DNA from: a bacterium
Lineage (GTDB): Bacteria; Zhuqueibacterota; Zhuqueibacteria; Residuimicrobiales; Krinioviventaceae
DNA length: 64,000 nt
Assembly: GCA_963674595.2 (NCBI GenBank)
Contig: CAXXFV010000026.1
Span: 32,001-96,000, forward strand
Direction: 5' to 3'
A program made the position numbers and the translations under genes. Below, one piece after another: positions 21,331-30,669 of the stretch. The stretch's first letter is position 1. The number at the start of each line of letters is the position of its first letter. The notes under the pieces were generated by a model. It made no database searches. It worked only from the letters and a program-made list of their open reading frames with translations, and was not told where the DNA came from.

Positions 21331-21755
21331 TGGAAGCAATTCGAATAGATTATATCGACGGCGGCATACTGCAAACGATTACGTTTGATCATTTTGAATT
21401 TGAGACATTGATTGAAAAAGAAAAACAAAAGTCTGAAGTTCAATGGCTGCAAGACAATTCGCCTGTTTTAACCTACACAAGTGTGCGATGGAAAGAGTTC
21501 AAGCTTGTTTTGCAGGCAAAATACAGCTATACCTCAACACAAATTGAAATTTTGCGGGCCGTTGATACGGTGCTGTATTTTTATTATGATTATGTAAAAA
21601 ATCCGAAAATGATGATTCCGGTCAAAGTTTTACCGGACACGCCGACCTATTTTTTTGGCGGTGATAAGGACGCGGAACCGCGTTTGGTTCTGGACTTGAT
21701 AGAAACAACGGGTAATAAGACCTTTACATTTGAATCACAACCACTTGGAAGGTAA
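21330..21755 (+). CDS. second distal-tail-like protein
   Basis: TGATG overlap; weak resemblance to 17273..17674 (LYFYYDYVKNP vs LYYQYAYDP). Confidence 0.45.
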   Translation: MEAIRIDYIDGGILQTITFDHFEFETLIEKEKQKSEVQWLQDNSPVLTYTSVRWKEFKLVLQAKYSYTSTQIEILRAVDTVLYFYYDYVKNPKMMIPVKVLPDTPTYFFGGDKDAEPRLVLDLIETTGNKTFTFESQPLGR

Positions 21756-21758
21756 AAT

Positions 21759-22025
21759 ATGGCTATATGGAGCAAAAATGATATGATCATTACAATAAGA
21801 GATGCAACAACCGGCGAACTGGACACAGGGACCTATGCTATAAAATATCAACCTGTGGACCAGCCCTATGATACCGGCGCTATAACGGCTTCTCAATTGC
21901 CGTCGTTATCCAATTACAAACCCGACGAAGACGGTAATACGGAACAGGCTTATGATATTTATAAAGACGGCACAAAAATCGGGCGGATATGGGGCCCGGA
22001 TTTGCTGCCGGATATAGGCGTCTGA
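21759..22025 (+). CDS. hypothetical tail-module protein
   Basis: RBS; lies within the operon. Confidence 0.55.
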   Translation: MAIWSKNDMIITIRDATTGELDTGTYAIKYQPVDQPYDTGAITASQLPSLSNYKPDEDGNTEQAYDIYKDGTKIGRIWGPDLLPDIGV

Positions 22026-22040
22026 TAAATTTGTAAATAA

Positions 22041-22112
22041 CGGTCATCGTGAAACATCGAGCCGGATGTATCAATAAAGTTTTTGATATGTCCGGCTTTT
22101 TTTATTTTGAAA
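22041..22112 (+). promoter_or_regulatory. conserved motif plus terminator hairpin, copy 2
   Basis: CGGTCATCGTGAAACA-tcg-AGCCG...CGGC-T7-ATTTTGAAA. Confidence 0.7.
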
Positions 22113-22121
22113 GGATTGGAA

Positions 22122-25100
22122 ATGAAAAAAATAATAATCGCTTTACTGCTGTTGTTATCTTCGGTTGCTATAGGTCAGGTCACCTATAAGCACAATGCCG
22201 GTAAATACGGTCAGGTATGGTATGATGCTGAGTATGAAAAAAGTCATGCAACCATTGCCGGTTATGACTCCAGTTCTATTGTGTTGTTGAAAAATGACGG
22301 ATACTGGGCGGTTTCCATATATGATAATGAAGGCGTTAAGGTGTTTGGTGTTGACTCGACCATGGACATGGGGATTGTCAACGCACTGAACTATATGACA
22401 ACCGCCGGATATCCTGTAAACGATATCCTCTTTCCCCAGGACATACAAAACTGGAGCATCAACTCCCTTAAAGGCAGTGTAGGTTTGGATGTGAAAGGGT
22501 ATGAGGTGAAACATGAGCCGGCGGTGTTTGGGGGAACTTTAAACACAGTGAACTCTTGTTGTGCGCTGCCGGATGGAAATTTTATGATTGCCTATTCTGA
22601 TGTTGATAATTCAAGTTTTGGAACATTTGTGATTTACGATGCCGACAGCAACCTGGTTAAAGCGCCGTCGGTTTTTAATAGTGGAACAACAACTTATATT
22701 TCTGCGACTGCTTTGTCCAATGGTAATGTTTTAATTGCTTTTCGGGATGAAAGTAATTCAAACTATGGGACCTTTGTGATTTATGACTCACAGGGAAACC
22801 TTGTTAAAAGTCCGGCAGTGTTTACACAGGCTGCAGTACAAAGTAATGTTGCGAAAACATTAACAAACGGGCAGGTTTTAATTGCCTTTCGGGATTGTAA
22901 TAATTCTTATTATGGGACGTTTGTTATTTATGACGCTAAAGGCAATGAGGTGTGTGAACCTACCATTTTTGCGCAAACAGATGTAATTTATATTTCAGTG
23001 TCACCATTGACCGATGGAAATGTTCTGATAGCTTACAGAGATAACAATAATTCAAATCGTGGGACTTTTGTTATTGCAGGGCAAAATGGCAATATTGTAA
23101 AAACCGCTACTACTTTTTCAACAGGAGCTGTCTCACATATTTCTTCAACAACAAATAACAATGGGCATGTTTTAATTGCTTTTCGTGATGAAGCCAATTT
23201 AAATTATGGGACCCTTGTGATTTACGATTCACAGGGAAATTTGATTAAAAGTCCGACAGTGTTTGAGAGCGGGGCTTCTGCTTTTTTTACTGCAGCTACA
23301 TTGCCAGATGGTAATGCTCTGATTGCCTATAGTGATGAAGATAATAATGGTTATGGAACCTCTGTTATTTATGATGACATGGGAAATGAGATTCAAACTC
23401 CTGATGTTTTTTACTGAGGCTATGATAGGTTACACTTTTTGCTGTGTGTTAACCAATGGCAATTTTGTCATTTCTTATCTTGATTATGATAACTCAAACT
23501 ATGGGACTTTTGTCATATACGAAGGCAGTGGTGCGCATTTGAGTAAAGATTTACAGGTGGATGGAGAGGCATATTTAAATAGTGGGCTTTCTATCGGTGG
23601 AACCCCCTATAGTACTACAGTACCACCATCATACGGACTGATTGTTAAGGGCAAAGTAGGAATTGGCACGGATAAACCGGGAGAAAAATTGGAAGTAGTT
23701 GGTACTGCAAAAATTGGAGCAGATAGTACCCTACAGTGGTAATAGTATTTTATATGTGGTAAACACAGGGACTAGTCTTGAACCACCTATTGAAGGTGAG
23801 GTAATTACAGGTCATACATCAACTGTTCGAGATGTTCAGGTACTCCGGCGTACGAGTACGGGTGACATGGTGGATGGCTTTGGCGGTAGAATAGCGCTTG
23901 AAATTGAAGATAGTTCGGCTGTTGAAAATGGTATAGCCAAAATTGAATGGTCCAGAGATGGAGCGGATAATTCAGGAAAACTTGGTTTGGTAACAAAAAA
24001 TGCCGGGACATATAACACAGGATTAGTAATAAAATCATCCGGTAATGTTGGTGTCGGTACGACAATACCATCGGAAGATTTGGAAGTGGCCGATGTAAAT
24101 GCAAACGGGACCACAATTATTAAGATGATAGAAGACAATCCTGCAACGGTATCTATGGCAGCGCTTCGAACAGCCAATGACAATACCACTGGTTATGGCT
24201 GGTTTGGGACGGCTGGTACAGGTTATACAGTATTACCTGGATTGCAAGACAAGGCATTTATGCTGGCGGGTCCAAATACATCGGGAATAAATATCTACAC
24301 AGAAGGTACCGATGATCCGATTGTTTTTACCACCGATGATACCGAGGCCATGCGAATAAACGATGGCGGCAACGTTGGCATCGGCACTGCGTCTCCGTAT
24401 AGTTTGTTGCATTTATCCCAGGCTTCTGGAAATGCAATGTCCATTATTCAAACACAAACAAAAGCTGGTGATCCGATTTTACAGTTTAAAGATGGAGATG
24501 ATACGGATAACGACACCTATCAGTTTCAGGCACAGGGAAGCACCTTGAAACTGCGCTATGGTGCTGATATTGCTGCCGGGGCTCAGGCAGGCACTGATCT
24601 GATCTCTTTTTTATCAAACAAAAATGTCGGCATTGGGACGACAACGCCGAATGCAGAACTGGAAGTAGCCAATGCAGGTGTTACAACCATTAAAATTCAC
24701 GACAAAAGTGGAACCAGCAGAGGCGACATTGATTTTGATGACGAATCCTCTTCAAGAGGAACATTAAGATATGATTTTACGAGCGACAAATTTATATTTG
24801 TTAATGGTGGTTATGACAGGTTTGCGATTCAAAGTGATGGTAAAATAGGAATAGGTACAACGACACCTGAATATAAACTGGACATTGTGGGGGGAAGTGC
24901 AAGTATAGCAAGTAATTATGTTTTATGGTTAGGTGGCGCTAAATTATTTGAATCTGGAAATAACCTGTTTATTCGGCCTCAATCAGCTCAAACTTTGAAT
25001 ATACAGGGAGTTGGCGGTTATAATAATACAAATTTAAGTGTTAATGGCGGGCATTTATATATAGATGGTTCAAGCGGCTATGTAGGAATCGGTTCTTCTT

Positions 25101-27670
25101 CGCCAGCAGCAAATCTTCATGTTCAAAATGGAAATTCAACCGCAACACCGGATACAGGTGGAGACGATTTTGTTGTTGAAGGCACTGCTTCAGGCACAGG
25201 TATGAGTATTCTTGCAAATGATGATGATAATGTAAACCTGTATTGGGGATCACCGACAGACAGCCGTGGCGCCTATGCCAGATGGACCCATGATAACGAT
25301 CTTTTTACCGTTGGAACAGATAATTCAAATGCAGAAATACAATTTGTTGTTAACACTTCTGTTCCTGTTATGCGAATGGATAATGCCGGTCATGTCGGTA
25401 TCGGCACAGTGTCACCTGATAGAATGCTGCACATTTATGATAGTACGACCGCAAATTTGGAATTGGAAGGTAACGCCGGTAATTCTTATATATTCATGAA
25501 CTCTGGTACCGATGGGGCAGGTTGTGAGGGAAGTGATATTTATTTTCAGGACAATTCAAACACAATTTGGATTGCTGGAAAAACTTCTTTGAATGATTTT
25601 CAGATTTATGACAATGTCAGAGGAGCAGATGCAATGAGAATCAGAGATAACGGCGACATGACACTCATGGAAAACGGTGGTAATGTTGGTATCGGGACAA
25701 CGAATCCACAAGTATTATTGGATGTAAATGGCACAGCAAGAGTATATAGTTCAGCAGATGCACCACTATCTGTCCAATCAGCGGATGCGTGGACTGGCAT
25801 TAAATTCCAAGATCCAGATGGAAATAATGTCATTTATTATAAAGGCTCAACTGGTGCTTTTTCTATTGGTGGAAGCGGTGGTAATAATAACAGATTAAAT
25901 GTTTATGGAAATATGGCTGTTGGCACAAATTATTATGGCGTTTCAGCACCTAGTGAGGGGATGATAATTGAAGGCTCTGTCGGCATAGGCACATCGACGC
26001 CCGAATCCGGAACGGCTTTGGATGTTAAGGGACTCACCAAAACAGATTCCCTCCATGTTACCGGCGGCATAATCCTGCAGGAAACCGATTTTCAGGGAAA
26101 CTATGCTTCCAGCCTGCAAAATCTTCAGGACAACCAAATCGGTCCCTATTACTTTTTCGACGGTATTAACGATATAGCTACGGTCACGGATAATAGTGCT
26201 ATCGATTTTGGCACGGACGATTTTTCTATTGTAGCTCATTTTAATACATCGTCAAATGATAATTACAATACCATCGTCAGTAAAGGAACCTATGATACAT
26301 CACACCGATACTGGGCCGTAACAACACATGGCGGCAAACCGGGATTTTCTATGGGTGACAGTTCCACAGCCATCCAAAGCACTTTTACTGAGGGAACTTT
26401 GGTAAATGACGGCAACTGGCATACTGTGGTTATGGTTGTTGAAAGGAATACGGCCACGGATGTTGATATTAGCTGTTATATCGATGGAAAACAAAACGGG
26501 CAAACCAGAAATTTAACCATGACCGGTAACGGAAATGTGTCAAATTCTGATGACCTGCTCGTTGGCCGGTCTGTCGGCGGTGATTACTTTTTCGGTGATA
26601 TTGGTAAGGTGTTGCTGTTTAACCGAATATTGACTAATGATGAAATAAAATTCTATTCCAATCCGCTGGCCCAAACACAATATGCACATAAAGATGCCAT
26701 CGGCAATTATACCTATGAAAGCGATTTCAGCACCGGTGTTGATGGTTTCGCTTCTGCTCGGGGTACGGCTGCCGGAAATATAGATGATATTGGCGGACAA
26801 AATGATAATTTAAGGTTTACCGTTGATACAGATAACAACACCCATTATGTTTATAGGACAGGTACATTCAGTGTCGGTAAAGATGTCATTATAACATTTG
26901 ATTATTATATTCCGTCAGGACAAAGCCATGTCGATGGAATCAAATTTGGGGACGGATCGACATATTCCGATAACCAGACTGTTACAGATTCATGGACAAC
27001 AGCAACAATGACGATTAATAGCACAAAAAGCAATATCTTTTGGGTCCATGCCACTGACAATGGTCTGTTTACGTTTCAGGATACCGGCGGAGATGATGCT
27101 TTTTACATCAGAAATGTTAAAATAAAACATCCCGGTTGTGTTGCCGAATATGTGCCCCAAAACGCCAGTGCTGCCGCCTGGTATGACGCCGGCAGCAACA
27201 ACTTGGACGCTACAGTTTCCGGAGCCGCCATGGTTTCAGCGCCCAAACATTTGTTTGTTGACGGACTGGTGCATGCTGATTCTGTTTATACGGAAGGCGG
27301 CATTTCAGCACTCTATGTAACCGACCGGTGTAACTGGTTCGATGGTGATGCCCTGTCGCTTTTGATGAAACTGCAAAAAACTGTTGGTGCCCCCACAGGT
27401 CTTGATGGATTTACTTTTCTGGACCATACGACGCTTCCAAAAGGCGCCCGAAAAGAGAAAAAGACCAAGGTATGGAAAGCCAAAGTAACGGGAAAACACC
27501 CGGACCTTTATAAAGCCCCGACAAAAGACCTGGCTGCGGAATATTACCAAACTGAAGAAACCGACTATGGCCGCGACCTCGGTGACATGAATGCCCTGAA
27601 CTCCCGCGCCATTCAACAGCTTTATGAAATGGTGATGCAGTTGCAGAATAGTGAAAAGAATAAAAATTAG
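22122..27670 (+). pseudogene. giant fibre/adhesin-like protein (~1848 aa) split by two +1 frameshifts
   Basis: Signal peptide; ~49-aa propeller repeats; many GNVGIGT repeats; LamG-like segment (VNDGNWHTVV); chaperone-like C-terminus. The three track ORFs join on removing one T (23407-23412) and one C (23729-23731). Confidence 0.7.
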
Positions 27671-27676
27671 TTGAAG

Positions 27677-27701
27677 GTTGGGTTCTTTTTTTGAACCCAA
27701 C
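27677..27701. terminator. hairpin between convergent genes ending the phage operon
   Basis: GTTGGGTTC / GAACCCAAC perfect 9-bp stem. Confidence 0.6.
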
Positions 27702-27802
27702 AATTATTTATCAAATTTTTATTTAGTTTAAATTTCAAATCAATATTATTTATCTTCATATTGCTTATTAGCTGGGTATTGAACAAGCACCCGGCTAAGC
27801 GC

Positions 27803-30082
27803 TTATTTAATTAAAAGCATTTTTTTGATTTTAATTATGTCATTAAACTGAATACGACATAAATATAATCCACTTGCAAATCCATCTGCATAAAATTCGA
27901 TCTCATAGTGACCGATTTGCACAAATTTATCTACTAACGTGGCAAGCAATTTTCCTTGCAAATCAAAAATATTCACTTTTACATGTCCCGATGAAGGAGC
28001 AATATAACTAATATAGGTAGATCGCTTAAACGGATTTGGATAATTTTGATATGCTATAAATTCCTTAGGTAATTTAATTATAAATGAAAATGTATCTGCA
28101 CTGGAAATATTGAAATAACTATCTGAAACAGAAACTGTCCAATAGTATTTTTCTTCAGGTACAATAATCTCCTTCCAGAAAAGATCATAGAAATTATTTG
28201 AAATATTTTCAATGGATATATTTTTTGAAGAATTATATATTTGTAAATTATATTTAAGTGAATCATTGTCTAAATCATAAGAATCTTCCCATATAAAATT
28301 AATATATTTAGAACTATACTGGATACTTTCATTATTAGGAGGATTAATTAAGTTAAAGTTCTTTGGCCGATTATTGAGTACATAAATTTGAAATTGAAAA
28401 GTATCCAAACTTGCAGTTTGAGAAAATTCATCATTTGCAATAGCTGTCCAATTGTATATTTCATCGAAATTTAAATTGTTTAACCAGTTGAAATTATAAT
28501 ATTCTTCAGAGATACCCATAATGGTTGTGTCTATCGTCGAGTTGAAAATTTTTAAACTATATTCTATTGAATCATTATCTAAATCAATGGATTCATCCCA
28601 ACTAAAATGAATAAAATCATCAAGGTTATCGAGTCTTTCTGAATCAAATGGACTAACAAGATTAAAGGTCTCAGGGAAATTATTATTTTTATATAACTGA
28701 AGCTCATCATTATATTTACTGCTTAATCCCAAATCGATGTCCCCATCCATGTCATAGTCTCCTACAATTATAAAATCTCCTCGAATTAAATTTTGTCCTA
28801 ACTCAAAGGCCCCATCGCCTTTATTTATTAGAATATATGAACCGAGTGAACCGGCAACTATAATATCAATATTTCCATCAGCATTAAAATCTGAAAAATT
28901 TAAATATGATAGAGTATAATTAGTATTAATACAGTCATATTTTATAAAACTGCCCTTTTTATCATTAATAAAGATAGTAACAGTTTTGTCGTTTTTGTTA
29001 GCAGCCGCTATGTCAATGTAACCGTCTTTATTTAAATCACAACTATTAATGGACAAATTGTATCCTACATCATTTAACTCTTGGTTATAAGAAAAATTAC
29101 CTAATCCATCATTTTTGAGTACAGTTAAAATATGTGCCCCATCAGAGATTGCGATATCCATATCAAAATCATTGTCAAAATCTCCAGTTGTTATAGACAT
29201 AGGCCAGCTTCCAACTTGAATATCTGAATTATAATTAAATACCCCTTTCCCATTATTCATCAATATCTCTAATTTGTTTTCATAGGCGTTTAATGTTGCT
29301 ATATCAAAGTCACCATCACCATTGAAATCAGTTAAAATGCTTGAAGTTGTCATATTTTTTATTGAAGAGACCTGCATAAATGTAAAATCGCCTGCATTTA
29401 TCCAAGACTGTGCCGCTCCCGATGCAAATATTAGTAAATCAATTTTATAATCCATGTTTAAATCTACTGGCATCAGGCTTACAGGATAACCAGAACCTAG
29501 GGAAAAACTTGTTTTCTGATAGTATTGTCCATTGGAAAGTCCAAAAATACCATATTCTTTAGTTTTCATATCTGGAATGAAAATTTCAATAGAGTTATTT
29601 CCATCAATATCAATACCACATACATCAGAGGATTCTATTGACTCTTGTTGGTTTTGTATTATCTCAAAAGTCTGTCCTTCAATGAATTGACTGTCTCCAC
29701 GTAATGCTTCAATATAAAATTGCCAAATCAAAGGTTTATGTAGTAACTGTCCATTTACAAACCTCAAGTTTTGACTTATGATAACAGTAATAATTTCACC
29801 TGGATTAAATTGAGTATCTGGTGTAAATTTTATAAGAGAGCCCGAATCTAATATTTCAAAACACCCCATTTTTCGCCCTGTTTGCGATCCATAAATAAAT
29901 ATAGTTTCATTATTTTCATAAGATGAATCTGGTTGTAAATCAAAACCAAAGATTATGTTTGAATTTATTGGAACATTTGTTTCATTTTGCTTTGGTGATA
30001 TATAGGCTAGAGTTTGTGAAATTGTTGTATTTGAAAAAAAGAAAATAAAAATGATTAAGAAATGTTGTTTATTAAAACTCAT
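27803..30082 (-). CDS. secreted Ig-like + FG-GAP/VCBS repeat protein with C-terminal sorting domain
   Basis: Signal peptide; DFNGDGDFDI-type repeats; QNYPNPF...SGLYLCRI tail. Confidence 0.85.
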   Translation of the reverse strand: MSFNKQHFLIIFIFFFSNTTISQTLAYISPKQNETNVPINSNIIFGFDLQPDSSYENNETIFIYGSQTGRKMGCFEILDSGSLIKFTPDTQFNPGEIITVIISQNLRFVNGQLLHKPLIWQFYIEALRGDSQFIEGQTFEIIQNQQESIESSDVCGIDIDGNNSIEIFIPDMKTKEYGIFGLSNGQYYQKTSFSLGSGYPVSLMPVDLNMDYKIDLLIFASGAAQSWINAGDFTFMQVSSIKNMTTSSILTDFNGDGDFDIATLNAYENKLEILMNNGKGVFNYNSDIQVGSWPMSITTGDFDNDFDMDIAISDGAHILTVLKNDGLGNFSYNQELNDVGYNLSINSCDLNKDGYIDIAAANKNDKTVTIFINDKKGSFIKYDCINTNYTLSYLNFSDFNADGNIDIIVAGSLGSYILINKGDGAFELGQNLIRGDFIIVGDYDMDGDIDLGLSSKYNDELQLYKNNNFPETFNLVSPFDSERLDNLDDFIHFSWDESIDLDNDSIEYSLKIFNSTIDTTIMGISEEYYNFNWLNNLNFDEIYNWTAIANDEFSQTASLDTFQFQIYVLNNRPKNFNLINPPNNESIQYSSKYINFIWEDSYDLDNDSLKYNLQIYNSSKNISIENISNNFYDLFWKEIIVPEEKYYWTVSVSDSYFNISSADTFSFIIKLPKEFIAYQNYPNPFKRSTYISYIAPSSGHVKVNIFDLQGKLLATLVDKFVQIGHYEIEFYADGFASGLYLCRIQFNDIIKIKKMLLIK

Positions 30083-30271
30083 TAATAATTACTCCAAAAA
30101 ATAGTCTCAGATGATAATTTTTTTTCTAATTGATTATGTAGATTCTGACCAAATAAGTTTAGTAGTCTAAATACAAAAATTTACCAGTTGCCGTTTTACC
30201 TTACCATTAACCATTTTTTAATTTGCACTTGCAACTGCGCACCGGAACCGGTTTCGGCACCTTAAAGTTAC

Positions 30272-30631
30272 TTACATCTTAATATCGTTATATGATTTAT
30301 AATGACTCTCGTAAATTTTAAAAATAGGAAAACCGTCAAAGTATTCCGGCACTTTGACAGGCTTCTTGCCGCGAGGAATAAAAACTTTGATACAATTAAG
30401 CGGACCCAACATGGGTGCCATTCCGCATTTTACCAATTCAATTCCATCCTGGTCACCATATAATTCAATAAACCTTTTTTCTACCTGTTTGAATATTTGC
30501 AAATGACGATCATTATACATATTGAGTTCCTGGCAAATAGCAATTTTATCTGATTCATTCAGGTTGTAATAATCTTGCACAGATAGATTGTCACTGTTAT
30601 ACTTTTTAAAATTAGACATATCGACGTTCAT
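30272..30631 (-). CDS. hypothetical protein
   Basis: 119-aa ORF co-directional with its neighbours. Confidence 0.5.
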   Translation of the reverse strand: MNVDMSNFKKYNSDNLSVQDYYNLNESDKIAICQELNMYNDRHLQIFKQVEKRFIELYGDQDGIELVKCGMAPMLGPLNCIKVFIPRGKKPVKVPEYFDGFPIFKIYESHYKSYNDIKM

Positions 30632-30669
30632 CTTTTAAAGGTTGCTGCTTTACAGCTCCATTTCATGAT

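Larger units (their letters stand above)
1628..27670 (+). mobile_element. siphovirus-like head-tail morphogenesis module (defective prophage or GTA-like element)
   Basis: Canonical order portal-protease-decoration-capsid-neck-tube-chaperones-tape measure-tip-fibre, all on + strand; no sheath gene. Confidence 0.85.

Noticed and set aside
10150-22025. Contractile injection system or R-type tailocin
   Set aside because: No sheath, baseplate-wedge or VgrG/PAAR-like genes are recognisable, and head genes are present.
22500-23520. Diversity-generating retroelement template/variable repeats in the fibre gene
   Set aside because: These are in-frame propeller repeats whose differences are not adenine-specific, and there is no reverse transcriptase in the window.
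27670-27803. Prophage att site or tRNA at the right boundary
   Set aside because: No tRNA-like sequence is present, and I saw no direct repeat matching the left end within the window.
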